DNA of 64,000 nt from Azolla caroliniana. Lineage: Eukaryota; Plantae; Polypodiophyta. Each line of letters starts with the position of its first letter. Within the stretch, counting starts at the first letter, position 1. The stretch is from positions 17,484,001 through 17,548,000 of the forward strand of contig JBHGNT010000007.1 of assembly GCA_043228905.1 (NCBI GenBank). The letters run 5' to 3'. A program made the position numbers and the translations under genes. The notes beneath the pieces were generated by a model, which saw only the letters and a program-made list of their open reading frames with translations, was not told the DNA's origin and ran no database searches. This document shows, piece after piece, positions 22,759 through 36,319 of the stretch.

Positions 22759-25700
22759 TGTTGAGCGGCAAGCTCAACCGGAACCGGATCGGTTGAATAA
22801 GCCGGAGCCGGTAAGCGAGACGGATCAGGCGAAACGGATCGGTATGACGGTGAGCAACCGAACCGGCAAGCAGTGGAGGCCGGGTGCAATCCGTAACCGG
22901 AAGTCCAATCGGAAGCCTAGTATAGGATAGACTACTAGGTAGCTATAGTCTCGTAGTAAGTGTTAGATGCTTGTGTGAGCATTGAAGTACATGGTACTTC
23001 TGTTAGTCCCAAGAGGACTTGTATAAATAGTGCTACTTAGCACAGTGTGTATACAGAGTCTTGATATAATTTTGAAATTACGTTCTACTCTCTCTGTCTC
23101 TCTCTCTCTCTCTGTCTCTCTCTCTGTTGTTCTCTATTTTACGCTTCCGCAAACACTCACATTCACATGGTATCAGAGCGCGAGGGTTGAGAACCTCTGT
23201 TGCAGACATTTACTCTTGAGAAGAAAACCCTAACAGGTCGAAAACAGACACAGTAGAAGACATGGATAGAGGCATGGCTACGTCGCTCCCGGTGGAGAAG
23301 CTCGACAGGAGCAACTACGCATCCTGGTCTTACAAGATGCACCAGTACCTGCTTGGACACAGGTACTGGAGTTATGTCGAAGGAGCGAATGATGCGGCGC
23401 CCGACTCGGCACACAAGGACTTCCCGGTATGGGAACAGGCGGCAAGCAGGGTGATGTACTGCTTCGCGTCCAGTGTCGGCGATCAGCTGCTCAGCCACAT
23501 CCGTGACGCCAAGACACCGAAGGATGCTTGGGGGAACTTGAAAAAGGTTTTCGCCGCAAGCACCACTGCCCAGAAGCTGCAACTCAAACAGGAGTTGAGC
23601 AATGTTCGACAGAAGAACTTGACCGTGGCAGACTACACAGGCTGGATAAAGGCAATCTGCGACTCGCTCGCCTCTATCAATGTTACCGTAGAGGAAGACG
23701 AGATAGTGCAGGTATGTCTCGGAGGCCTGGCGTCCAAGTTCGGAGCGTTCCGGACTGCGGTGTGTACAAGGGAGAATACCCCCTCATTCTTCGACTTACA
23801 GTCGATGCTCCTTGTAGAGGAGAACCACGCCGGTGCATCTACCAGTGCATCCCCGGACAGCCAAATGCTGTACACGAGAATGGATCGGCTCCGTGGGCGT
23901 GGTGGAAGAGGTGGGTCGGCACGCAATGGAGGAGGCCGGCAAGAGCAGGAACGAAGGCACTATGAGTGTGCCGACAGCAGTTCCGGGACTTCCACAAGCA
24001 GGGGGAGTCAAGGCGGTGCCGGAGGCCGGCAAGACAAATCCGCTACGGAATGCTGGTACTGTGGCAAAAAAGGCCACAAGGAAAGCGAGTGCTGGAGAAA
24101 GCGTGCCGATTCGGACAAATCCGGATCCGGCAAGACCGGTAAGGGTGGCCAGCAAAACTCGCACTACGCAAACGGATCAGGAGGATCCGGAACCGGAAAG
24201 GCCAGTAAGGGGCCAGCCTTGGTGATGAATCACAAGGCAAACTCAATGAAGAAGACCACTTCCAAAACGGAGGAAGTGTGGTATGTTGATTCCAGCGCGT
24301 CAAACCACATGATGAGCCACAAAGAGTGGTTCTCCTTTCTGGAGAAACCGGATCAACCAGGAGTAGTCGAAACCGGAGACGACACTCCTCACCGAATCGT
24401 GCACGTCGGAAAAGTCCCTCTAAGCCACGTCGGACAGAAAGGGAAGCTGATTGACAATCACGAAGAACCTGGTGTCTGTCGGTCAGATTGTCGACCAGGG
24501 GATGCAGGTGCGGTTTACGCACCTCGGGTGCTTCATTGAGGATGAGGGCGAAGTCATTGCGCAAGGGCGCAGAGACGGGAGGATGTTTATCCTCAACACC
24601 AATGACTTTGGCACCGCTCTGTTCGCGAAACGACAGAAGGTCGAGTCCGACATCGACCTGTGGCACAAGCGGATAGGCCACGTCAACTACCGGAGGCTTC
24701 AAGACCTGCAAACGAAACAAGTCGTTTTCTTTTTGCCGAAGTTCAGCGGCCGGAGAGCCGAAATTTGTGAAGCCTGCCAACTTGGGAAGCAACACCGGCT
24801 TCCATTCCCCACCGAACAGAACCGGAGCCATAACAAGCTCGATCTCATCCATTCGGATGTGTGGGGACCGGCACAAAGTGTAAGCCTTGGCGGGAGCCGA
24901 TACTTCGTCTCCTTCATCGACGACTATACTTGACATACTTGGATCTACCTCATTGAGCGGAAGAGCGAAGTCTTCGACTGTTTCCAGAGCCTCAAGAAGA
25001 TGGTGGAACGGGAATCGGAGAGGAAGATCAAATGCCTTCGGTCGGATGGCGGAAAGGAATATTTTTCCGGCCAATTCACTAGTTATCTGTAGCAGAAGGG
25101 AATTCGGCGAGAGTTCAGCTGCAGATACACACCAGAGCAAAACGGTGTGGCCGAAAGGAAGAACCGGACACTCGTCGAAGCGGCAAGGGCAATGCTGGAG
25201 GAGAAGAGCATGCCCCGGTTCTACTGGGCTGAGGCGGTCCGGACGGCCGTCTACATACAAAACCGCATTGGTGACAAGGTGTCAGCTCATGAGCTGTATT
25301 TTGGGCGCAAGCCGAACTTAAGACACCTTCGGATATTGGGCAGCATAGTGTATGTGCATGTGCCGGATCAGAAGCGGAGAAAGCTGGATGCAAAATCGGA
25401 AAAATGCATCCTAGTCGTCTATGCTCAAGAGCAAAAGGGGTATAAGTGCTATAACCCCCGGACGAAGGAAGTCCGAGTTAGCCGGGATGTCGAGTTCGAT
25501 GAATCAGCATCTTGGTACTCCGTACCGACTCCGACTTCCGATCCCAACCCAATGCCGGAAGATCAGGCCAGTGAGCCTGAATCAGCCCTGGCAGAGGATG
25601 ATGAAGCCGGGACTCAAGATGAGAGTCCGGAATCGTTACGGTTGAGTGGACCGAACGAGCGACTGAGTCGGTTGGACCAGTCAGATGAAGAGACGGCAAG

Positions 25701-28682
25701 TGGTGGAGACTCTGTCGTGCTCTCCCCGCGCAAGGCACCGAGGAAACGGTTCACGCGCAAAGAGAAGGGGAAGAGGAAGATGCCAGAATTCGAAACCGGC
25801 AACAATGAGTCAGATCGGTGCGTATCCGACTCCGGAAAGGAAAAAGGCGGATCTTCGGCAACGAAGACCGAACTGGCCAAGAAGGGACTCAAATCAGGTG
25901 ACAGTGCGTTGCGCCGATCAACCCGCCAGAAGGATCTCGTCGTGCGGTACGGGTACAATGAATACATGGCGCATCATTATGCGTACATGACTAAGGTGAC
26001 AGAAGTGCGTGAGCCGGAGAGCTACGCAAAAGCGGCAAAGGACGGAAATTGGCGTGCCGCTATGGACGAAGAAATGCGGGCACTCGATGCCAACGAAACT
26101 TGGGACTTAGTTGATCCTCCCCGTCACTGTAAACCGATCGGATGCAGGTGGGTGTACAAGGTCAAGTACAACGCCGACGGTTCTGTTAACCGGTACAAAG
26201 CCCGGTTAGTGGCGAAGGGATACGCGCAGACCCACGGAATCGACTACGACGAGACCTTCGCTCCTGTGGCGAAGATGACGACGGTTCGTGTGGTACTGGC
26301 GGTTGCTGCGGCAAGGGGGTGGCATCTTCACCAGATGGATGTGAAGAACGCCTTCCTTCAAGGAGAGCTTGAAGAAGAAGTCTTTATGACTCAGCCCCCC
26401 GGATTTCAATCGGAGATGAACAAGTCGGCGGTATGCCGACTGAAGAAGTCGCTTTACGGCTTGAAGCAAACCCCCCGAGCTTGGAACGCGAAGATCACGC
26501 ACCGGTTGCGTAAGCGGGGGTTTGTTGTCTCTAAGTCGGACTCTTCGTTGTTCATCCGGCAAGGCTCTGATGGTCCGGTATGTATACTCTTGTATGTGGA
26601 TGATTTAGTCATCACCGGACCGGGTCTTCCCGAAATCAACTGCGTCAAGTCCCAGTTGTCGGACGCATTCGAAATGAAGGACTTGGGGGACCTTCATTAT
26701 TTTCTTGGGATCGAAGTGATCCGGACCCCCGACAACATATTGCTCTCACAACGACATTACGTGTTGAATATGCTGTATAAGTTCGGCATGACGGATTGCC
26801 GACCTGTCTCCACACCCCTGGACCAGAACCAGAAGCTCCGTCCCAACTCCGGACCGGCCTGCAATGAGAAACGGTTACGACAGGTTGTCGGAAGCCTGAT
26901 CTACTTAACCATCACCCTACTCGACATCAGCTATCCCGTCGGGATGGTAAGTCAGTTCATGCAGAAGCCGACCGTGGAGCACCTTCAATGCGCGCAACGA
27001 ATATTACGGTATGTCAGCGGCACTAAGGACCGTGGACTGCTATGCCGGCGAGGTATACCCGAAGAGCTTGTCGGTTACACAGATGCTGACTGGGCCGGCG
27101 ATGCGTCTGATCGCCGCTCCACTTCTGGATACATGTTCTCCATAGGTAGCGCGGCCGTTGCGTGGAGCAGCAAGAAGCAGCCCACAGTGGCTTTGTCAAG
27201 CACTGAGGCTGAGTACCGGGCCGCTACCGTTGCCACTTGTGAAGCCATTTGGCTTTGGCGACTGCTGCGAGACTTGCGGATCGAGGTATCGACCCCGATC
27301 CCGATTTACTACGATAACATGAGCAGCCTGCAGCTCGCCAGGAACCCTGTGTTCCATGCTCGCACAAAGCACATCGAGGTGCACTACCACTTCGTGCGTG
27401 AGCGGGTCCTGAGCGGTGAAGTTGACCTACAGTATGTTCATACGGATCGGCAAGTTGCCGACATCTTCACCAAGCCGCTCGGATCGGACAAGTTGCAGCA
27501 CTTTACCGACATGCTTGGTATTCAGCATCTCGACGTGCCGCACTTGAGGGGGAGAAGCAAGGGCAAAGTCTATCGAAACGGGCAAAGGCCAAAAAACTGT
27601 TGAACCCGTCGGTAAGAGGAGAGCTGGAAGAAGAGGAGACAAGAATATAAAGGAAGCCGAGTCGACAAAGGAAGTCGACACATCCGAACAGGTCGGAGCA
27701 AGCGGCTGTGAAGTAGAGTTGTGCACTCAGGAAGAGAAGTGCATGCTATGCGGAGGTCATCACGACGGTACTGACCATGATACAGAGTCGAATGAAGAAT
27801 TCGATTTCGGTTCACCGGCTGAAGAAGTCGAGGGAAGCATGGAGAAGGCCAAGACTCGGAAGTGGTCCGATGTGGTGAGAGGCATGAAGTCGGAAGTCAA
27901 ATCGGAGTGTACCGATTCGGACAAGAGCTGGAACGAATCGGAGACAGCTGACTCGGATCAACAGATGGATCCGGATGAGTCGGATCGACTGAAGGCCAAG
28001 GGGACACGGACACAGCGGAAGTCAATGCCATCGTAGGAGAACCGACGGATCGGCAACCGCCGAAGTCACAACAACGTGAGTGCTGAGATGGGCCTATTGA
28101 GCAGACATGCCGACCGAGAGGGTCGAGGCATGCAGAACCAAAGGGGTCGCGGCAAACGGGACTGGACCGGACGAGGAGCACGAGCAAGGCGGAGTGACGC
28201 CAGGAGAAGTCGGTTGGAAGAACCAACTGCCACAGAGGTCGACACTACGACCCCACCTCAGGTTGAGCTTGAGGGGGAGTGTTGAGCGGCAAGCTCAACT
28301 GGAGCCGGATCGGCTAAATAAGCCGGAGCCGGTAAGCTAGACGGATCGGGCAAAACGGATCGGTATGACGGTGAGCAACCGAACCGGCAAGCAGTGGAGG
28401 CCGGGTGCAATCCGTAACCGGAAGTCCAATCGGAAGCCTAGTATAGGATAGACTACTAAGTAGCTATAGTCTCGTAGTAAGTGTTAGATGCTCGTGTGAG
28501 CATTGAAGTACATGGTACTTCTGTCAGTCCCAAGAGGACTTGTATAAATAGTGCTACTTAGCACAGTGTGTATACAGAGTCTTGATATAATTTTGAAATT
28601 ACGTTCTGCCCTCTCTGTCTCTCTCTGTCTCTCTCTCTGTGTTGTTCTCTGTTTTACGCTTCCGCAAACACTCACGTTCACA
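22759..28682 (+). mobile_element. Full-length Ty1/Copia LTR retrotransposon
   Basis: LTRs 22759-23167 and 28280-28682 (TG...CA, roughly 15 mostly-transition differences by eye). PBS TGGTATCAGAGC (tRNA-iMet) 23168-23179. PPT 28271-28279. TSD GGTCA on both sides. Confidence 0.98.
23262..27603 (+). pseudogene. Copia gag-pol polyprotein (gag, CCHC, PR, GAG-pre-INT, INT, RT, RNaseH), disrupted
   Basis: ORFs 23262-24539, 24451-24933 and 25147-27603. Small deletion/frameshift at ~24450 and stops at ~24931 and ~25089. Confidence 0.93.
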
Positions 28683-28739
28683 GGTCACATAGGTCACATA
28701 GGTCACATTTGACCTCCGAAGATGATAATATAATCTCTC

Positions 28740-29065
28740 TCTTTCTCTCTCAACGGCTCTTTCTGTCGTTTGTCATCGTCGTAGCCATCGTTGATGCCAT
28801 CACCGTTGTCTGTCTATCGTCATTGTCAGTCGCAACCGTCGTTGTCTGTTGTCGTCGACTATCACTGCAGCCACCGCCATCTGTTGTCGTCGATTGTCGC
28901 TGCAATTGTCGTTTATCGTCATTGACTGTCATTGCAGCTGCCGCCTTCTGTCGTCGTTTGTTGTCGTCTTCGTCATTTGTCGTTGTTATCCTTTGCCGTT
29001 GTTTGGTTTGTGGCATAGTTGCCATTCTCAACCGTCGTTGTCACCTACACCTCTTACGACGTCCT
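28740..29065. repeat. Degenerate (GTC/GTT)n low-complexity tract
   Basis: Repeated tgtcgtcg/ttgtcg trinucleotide-derived sequence. The ORFs here are artefacts. Confidence 0.6.
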
Positions 29066-29099
29066 TGGTTGTGTAGACGATAGAGTACAAATGTGCTTC

Positions 29100-32000
29100 T
29101 ACACTTGTACCTAGCGCGCAAGACATCGATGCTCAGCTAAGTTTTTCTGTCCTTTTGAACTTTTTCTTTCTTTTATCTTTTGAATTACAACATGACTTCT
29201 CCACAAAACCATAAGAAAACACATGACAAAATTATAAGTAAGGAAGAATTTTTAGATGTCCTTAACCAGTTAGTTAAAATGGAAAAATGGGCAAAAGAGA
29301 TTGAAGCTCAAAAACAAAAAGATAAGGAAGAAAAAGAACTACTTATTGCTAAAATAGCGAAACTTAAGGAAGACAACGTGAACCTTCAAAAATAAGTTAA
29401 GGACCTTGAGACATCTAGGGAAGATGGTGAAATATCTTCCCTAGAGGATATTAAGGACGAGATAAAAAATGTTAAGGAAGAGGTTAAAAGCAATATGGAA
29501 TTAGAAAAAACTGGGTGGGTTGATGTAGTAAAACGTAATATTAAAAAGGAACTAAAGGATGAAAATATTGTAAACACCACCCTTGAGGAGGAAAAAATGC
29601 TTCAAGCTTGACGCTTAAACATAAGAGTTAGTGGGCTCAAGGAAGGGGCATCTCCCGACGAAGATGCACAAACATTAGGGAAGATGTTGGGGTACAAAGC
29701 CCTACCAATCATTAAAACTTGGAAAGTAGGACGTGACACCATTAGGAAAAGAGCTTTAGTCCTTCAGTTTAAGGACTCAGAATCTAGGATCACCTTTTTT
29801 GAAAAGAGACCAATTCTTCGAGGATTGGGCGGGGACCCTATCTACCTCGATGAAGACTTGACCAAGATGCAAATTGAGCATCGTAAAACTTGTATGTCGC
29901 GAGTCATACAAGCTCATAAAGAGGGGCACCGTGCTTTTTACCGAGACGGTGTCGTGAAAATACAACGAGGATACGTGAACTTGAGGCAGGACCCCGGGGC
30001 CTCCGACCGGAAGATATCAGATTCGTGCGTTTATATTTTTAACAATTAACGGAAATAAAAAATTTAATAATTTTCATTAACAAAGGAAAAGAAAGATTAC
30101 AATCAATCTCAAGATTGAGATTACAAAAAGTTTAGCTAATGGAGATGGCTAGAGTAATAGATTAGAGGAAATTAAGATATGAATTCTATAGAAAATTAGG
30201 GTTTTTGGTTTTGATAAGAGATTATGGTTTTATGAGTTGAATAGCTTCCATATGAAAATTTAGGGTTATGAGTAAGATATGGCTTCCGTAAGGAAATTAG
30301 GGTTTACTTGAGAGATATGGCTTCGATAAGATAGGGGAACCGAGAAGAAAAGGAAAAAAATTAAGATAATATGGAGCCAGCATGAGTGTAGGAAAAAATG
30401 GAATTTTATATGGAGTTCTCCCTTGATCATCTGCATGTCCACTTTTTGTTGCATAGCCTCTACTTTTAGTTGCTTAGCTTTTTCTTTTAGTTGCATCTAT
30501 TTTTAGTGGCATGGCTTTTTCGTTTAATTGCATGTGACCGTCCACATGACCTTTACTTTTTGCATGCACTCCAACTTTAGTTGCTTACGTCCACATGGCC
30601 TTTACTTTAGTTCTCTTCACTTTACTTTAGTTTGTTGCATGATCCAATCTTCCGTCCGTCCGCGTCCAACCTCGTCCGGTAGCCCGTTCTGCCCGATCAC
30701 CGAATCCCTCGCCGGCCTGTTCCATTTTGCTTGCCGACCAGTTCCGGTTCCGATTTTGCTTGTCGGCCAGTTCCGGTTATGCTTGTCGACCAGTTCTGGT
30801 TCTGGTTACCAGCCGATTTCTGGTTTGCATACCGGTTTCGGTTTCGGTTTTGCTTGTTGGTCGGTTTCCAGTTTGCATACTAGCCAGTTTTCGATTTGCA
30901 TACCAACCGGTTTCCGGTTCCAGTTTGCTTGCCGATTCCGGTTTCGGTTTTGCTTAACGGCCGGTTTCTAGTTTGCATATCGGCCAATTTCTGAATTTGC
31001 TTATCGAACCGGTTTCTGGATTTGTTTACCGATCGGTTTCCAGTTTTAGGGAATTTGGCCACCATCATCCATCAAGACAAAGTGGCCAAAGTGCTCTTAG
31101 CACAAATAAAAAATGAGGGAGCTCAAGGTGCTTATATTAGCTAGGGCCTTAACTTTCCTATCTATGTGGGATAGTTCTAATTTCCCTATTTTCTCAAACT
31201 TTATTTTCACATAACTTGATATGTATTTCTCCATTATAGTAAAATACGTTTTGAAGCTCTTGAGTATATCTATCTTTCTATAGTAAGCTATTAATCTAAT
31301 CTATAATAATTATTTCATTATTTTTTTATATAGTGTGTGAAGATTCACACGACAACGGACGTTTGATAATTAATGATCACGCCGCCAATTGACGGTGTGT
31401 GGTCCATGTGACAGACAATAAACTTAGGATGACCTTATGGAATTGTAATGGTGCACTTTGGACACACCCTAGCCGTCTAGAGGACATTTTGAAGGTATCT
31501 GATATACTTTTTTTAGTAGAAACACATCAGAGTCCAAATCGAGGACTACCACGAGTTGACGGTTTTCGTTGGGAATCTGTCTTTAGACAAACATCACATC
31601 GACACACTACTAGAGGGTCTGAAGGGGTTGCGATATCATTTCAGAGAGAGATACATAATAGGATAGAAATACTAAAGAAAGACCCAGAATTCCGTTTTAT
31701 GTGGGTGAAAATCCTCACTAGCAAGGATCAGGTGATATTTATCGCCGTTTGTTAATTCCCCCCGAAAGGATCCTGGCATAATATGGCTGGAGAGGCGAGT
31801 ATAATTGATGAAGGAATGCCACATGGGCCTTCTCCATACAAACCTTTATCGGATGACATAATCCGATATTCTTCTCAAGGGGAAGTCTTCCTTGTAGGGG
31901 ATTTTAATGCGAGAACCCAATCTCGACAATGCACAATATTTCAGATGGATAGAAACTTAGAAATGGTGAATGTCAACCCTTTAGCCTTAGGCATAACACG

Positions 32001-35000
32001 TACATCAAAAGATCAAGGTGCGAATGCCACAAGCTTTGGCCATCATCTGCTTGAACTTGGAAGCCGACACTAGATGATCATATATAATGGCTTAGCCAAG
32101 TGGCCAGGCTCAGAAGAGCTCACATGTTTCCCACATGGAGGAAGGGAAAGCATAGTTGATTACCTAATAGGACACCCTGAAGCTACCCACATGGTTAACT
32201 CCTTCCGAGTGGCCCCATGCCCCATTGGTGCAGACCATAGCTTCCTATACTTTGAGCTAAAATGTGACATCTCCCACGCCACCAACTCTAGTCAACCAAC
32301 TAATCACACCATAATACATTTCACGCATGAGCTCACTGACATCTACTCTCGACATGTACAAGCCAATCTCTCCTCTTTTGATTCTTCCTTGCCTTTAGAG
32401 AACCTCACTACAGAACTCACACACATCCTTCACTCAGCAGCAACTAGTAGCTTCCCATGCACGAAAGGTTCCAATCCTAGTAGAATAGGGTCTATGCCAC
32501 AAAACAAGTGGTATGATGAGGATTGTAGAGAGTTGTATAGTCAACTTAAGGTGTCGCAACTTAGTGGTACTATTTCCTTAGTACAGGCTCACAAAGAGAT
32601 GTGCAAGATGACACGTCGTAAAAGACGAGCTTGGGAAGCATCTCAATATTGGGAACTCTACCATATGTTCATGAGTAGGGACTGCGCCCTTGCATGGAAG
32701 AGACTACGAGAACCAAGACCACAAACACCCATCGAGGATCCCAATATTTGGCATACATATATTGAGAGACTCTACCATGTCCTGAACCAACCACCCATTC
32801 CAATGCCTTCCACACCTCGACCTACCATGGGGACACTTTTCATGACCTCTAGGGTCACGAAGGTCATAAAAAAGTTACAACATAGGAAATCCATGGACCA
32901 CACAGGATTGCGAGCCGAGCACATCATATATGCTCGAGAGTGCCTAGCCTCCCTTCTCACTCTAATCTTCAACCGTGCCCTCACCGAGGGTTTTCCACCA
33001 CAATGGGCCATGAACACAGTGGCCCCTATACATAAAGGAGGGAACCCAATGGACCCAAATACATATAGGACCATTATGATAGGTCATACGCTCACTAAAC
33101 TATAGGGTGCAGTAATGGAAGCGGAGCTCAGTGAATATATGGAAATGTTAAGTCTTCACACACCTGAGCATGTTGGCTTTAGACAAGCCTTCTCCACTAT
33201 TGACCATATCTTCACACTTAAGTGCTTAATTGACCAAACGAAGGCTCATAAGAAGAAAATATATTGTTGCTTTATGGACTTCCGCAAAGCCTTTGACACG
33301 GTTCCTAGGGAGAGGTTGTTTGATAGACTTAAGAGCTTGGAGATACCAAATGACATGATATGGGCCATTTATGCCTTATATGAGCAAGTCTCTGGGTGCG
33401 TACAATGCCTAGGTGGCCTATCCGATTGTTTCACTAGCACCATTGGTGTAAAACAGGGTTGCCCCTTGTCACTGACTCTTTTTAGGATCTACATTGATGA
33501 GATCACTGATTTTATTGCTCGAAAGGGAGGCAAGGGAGTAGTTATTGGGGATACGCAAGTTAGTTTCTTACTCTATGCAGAAGACATTGTCTTGCTCTCG
33601 GAGTTGGAACACAACCTACAAAAGCATCTTAATGCCCTAGATGACTTTTGTACACAACGAGGATTGGTAGTGAATTTAACGAAACCTAAAGTCCTTATCT
33701 TTCATACATCGTCCCGAGTTAGGAGTAAATGTCACCTAACCCTCTCTCATAAACTAGTTGAGGTAGTGGGATCATATGTATACTTGGGAGTCACTTTTAG
33801 TGCTCGCTCAGGTAAATTCTCAATGACCCAGGCAACCAAAGATAGGCTAACGAGAGGGTATGCATCCCTCTCACTCTTAGAGAGACAATGCCACCAGGCA
33901 TACTTTCAAGAGCCACTGACTAGAGGATGGCTCTTCGACTCATTAGTGACCCCTTCCCTCATGTATGCATCAGTAGTATGGGCTCTAGGTCTACCATCGT
34001 TCATGTGGACGCAATTAGAGAGACCTTTGGTGACGATGTTATCACATCAACTCCGAAGCAAATCGACAGTACCGCATGACATTATTAGAGTAGAGTTTAG
34101 TCTACCCCCGATGTTAGTAGAAGCACTCTTTCAAATGGTAGTTTTTATTCATCATATACATAGCCAACCACAAGATAGGATATCTCGTCGAGCCTTTGAG
34201 GCATCCCGATCCCTACATGCATCTGGAGACACTAGCTCTTGGTATAACATTGTGGTGAGTTGGCTACTTGCAAACGGCATAGACATTAATAACCTACCTC
34301 CCCTTTAGTACAATCATGGGACTGATCAAACTCTAATCTCTCATGAAGACCGTAATAAAGTGATACGCCATGAAATATGGCAAATTTACACTCAATATAA
34401 ATGGATCACCCCACGAGAGCCACTCCCATCTAAAATGTTGTACTATAAGGAACACTTTTTGCACTTCTCTAAGTTAGGTTTTATTACACGACCAAGATAT
34501 CTAGATACATTCTTATCAAATGCACCAAGGGTGGCCATTGGACAACTTAGGATATCATCTCACCAACTTGAGATTGAGAATGGTCGAGCTAATAGAGTCC
34601 CTAGAGAGGAAAGGCTATGCATGTTATTGCACATAGAGATAGAGGATGAGTATCACTTCACATGCAAGTGCCCAACTTATGCCGAGATACAGGCGGAATA
34701 CCAAGACATATTAGGACCCTCTCCCACCCTCTCCAAACTATTAGATACCCCGAGTGTAAAAAGAGTAGGTAGGTATATCTTAGAGCTAAAACAACATAGG
34801 GAGAATAAATTACAAAGTGTTAATCATAACCCTTTTACTATTCATCAACATGTAACTAGTGTAATTTTTCAGGAACAAGGGGAGACAATGAATGTGGATA
34901 CACTTACACTGCTCGGCCTCTCCCTTGAGGAAGTAGAAATACAAAGAACAACCAAACACCCTCGGATGTTGGGCTTCAAAACAAGTCGACGTGGAGTAGA

Positions 35001-35160
35001 AAAGATTAAGAATATAAGGGAACGTGAGCTACGTCGACTAGAAGCTATGGTTGGGGTACCTTTTACATTGGGACCACGGGCCACATCCACATCGCAACCC
35101 TTTGACCTCCCGTTGCTCTTCAAGAGACTTGGATGGAAATGAAATTAGGCCTAGTATAAC
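29100..35160 (+). mobile_element. Near full-length RTEX-like LINE (ORF1 plus APE-RT-zinc finger ORF2), degenerate
   Basis: ORF1 coiled coil and IYLDEDLT..YRDG|RLIIND, split by a solo LTR. ORF2: LWNCNG, FLVETH, GDFNART, SIVDY..ADH, DFRKAFDTV, GVKQGCPLS, YAEDIVL, HQLEIENGR..RLC..EDEYHF..CP. Confidence 0.9.
29950..31354 (-). mobile_element. Solo LTR inserted in LINE ORF1
   Basis: TGTCGTG...CACGACA termini and 4-bp TSD ACGG. Removing it restores the ORF1 frame. Internal CCGGTTTC-rich subrepeats at 30650-31050. Confidence 0.85.
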
Positions 35161-35202
35161 ATCTTTTCATTATAGAACATGTTTTTTTAGAACTATTTTT
35201 TA

Positions 35203-35818
35203 GGAATGGGCTATTTGCCCCCCCATTCCTATTTGCCCCCCCATTTTGGCTATTTGCCCCCCCCCCCCCCCCCCCCTCCCCAGGCGTAGTTACTCTTCCT
35301 TCTTTCTCTTTCTTCTTCTTCTTCTTCTTCTTCCTCAAGTTTCCAATCAATTCTGTGGATTCCTTTCTTCTTCTTCTTCTTCCTCAAGTTTCCAATCAAT
35401 ACTGTGGATTCCTTTTTCTTTTACATGATGTCTTAGGCGATGGGGAGGGTCGGTGGTGGCTACTAGGTGCCGCCATTGGAGGAGGAGGAGGAGGTGTGGG
35501 TAGGGAAGCAACGACGGAGGCAGCAACTGATGGCGAAGTGAAGAGCGAGGATAATGAGGAGAGCTGTCGTGATGAAGATAACGTGGAGATCGAGGCTACT
35601 TCAGGAAGGGGAGGAAGAGGAGGAGCGGGCCCCGCCCGGGCGCTGGAGCTCGGGGAAGGAAGGAATTCCTCATCGTGATTCTTATGATTATTGGTCTTAT
35701 AGCCAAAATAGAGGGGCCAAAAGGTTATTTTTTTAGGGGGCCAAAAAGTTTTTTTTTTTAGGGGGCCAAAAAAGTTTTCTTTTTTATTTTTGGAGGGGGG
35801 GGGCAAATAGCCCATTCC
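35203..35818. mobile_element. Non-autonomous TIR element (MULE-like) with a GC-rich internal segment
   Basis: TIRs GGAATGGGCTATTTGCCCCCCC / GGGGGGGCAAATAGCCCATTCC and 8-bp TSD ATTTTTTA. Confidence 0.75.
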
Positions 35819-35848
35819 ATTTTTTATCTTATTTTGATTTTTTTTTTG

Positions 35849-35960
35849 ATGAATGGGTAAATATCCCATTTTTTGTAAACCATTTGTCTCATGGGCCAAA
35901 TTTGGCCTTAGAAGACGTTAATATATCTTTCTTTCTTTCTTTATTTATTTCTCTCTCTCT
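35849..35960 (+). repeat. Dispersed repeat shared with ~4054-4160
   Basis: ATGAATGGGTAAATA..CCAT..GTAAACCA..CTCATGGGCCAA..TTAGAAGACGTTAATATATCTTTCTT is present at both loci. Confidence 0.75.
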
Positions 35961-36104
35961 TGATTATATAACCCCCCTTGGTCTACCGATGAATAGAACT
36001 GCATATATGAATAGGTGATGCCACAATGTTGAAATAATTGACACAACCATCTCGAATAACCATGGCCCGATTGGGGGAGGTCTCGTTGGGCATGAATGGT
36101 GATT

Positions 36105-36285
36105 CCATGACTATCATCATCATCATCAAACATGATCAAACATAATCAAACTTCATCATCATGGAACATCATTATGAAACATAATCAAACTTCATCATCA
36201 TGGAACATCATTATGAAACATCATGAAACATGAAACATCACCATCAAACATAATGAAACATCAACTATCATCATCATCATCATCT
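36105..36285. repeat. (ATC)n-derived minisatellite
   Basis: catcatcatc / aaacataatcaaacttcatcatcatggaacatcattatg duplicated units. Confidence 0.7.
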
Positions 36286-36319
36286 CTGGGATAAGCAAAG
36301 GAGAAATGCCTCTATGACC

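Noticed and set aside
24043-25260. 405-aa antisense ORF in Copia (and similar shadow ORFs, e.g. 5603-6211)
   Set aside because: Shadow of GC-rich pol codon usage with no recognisable domain.
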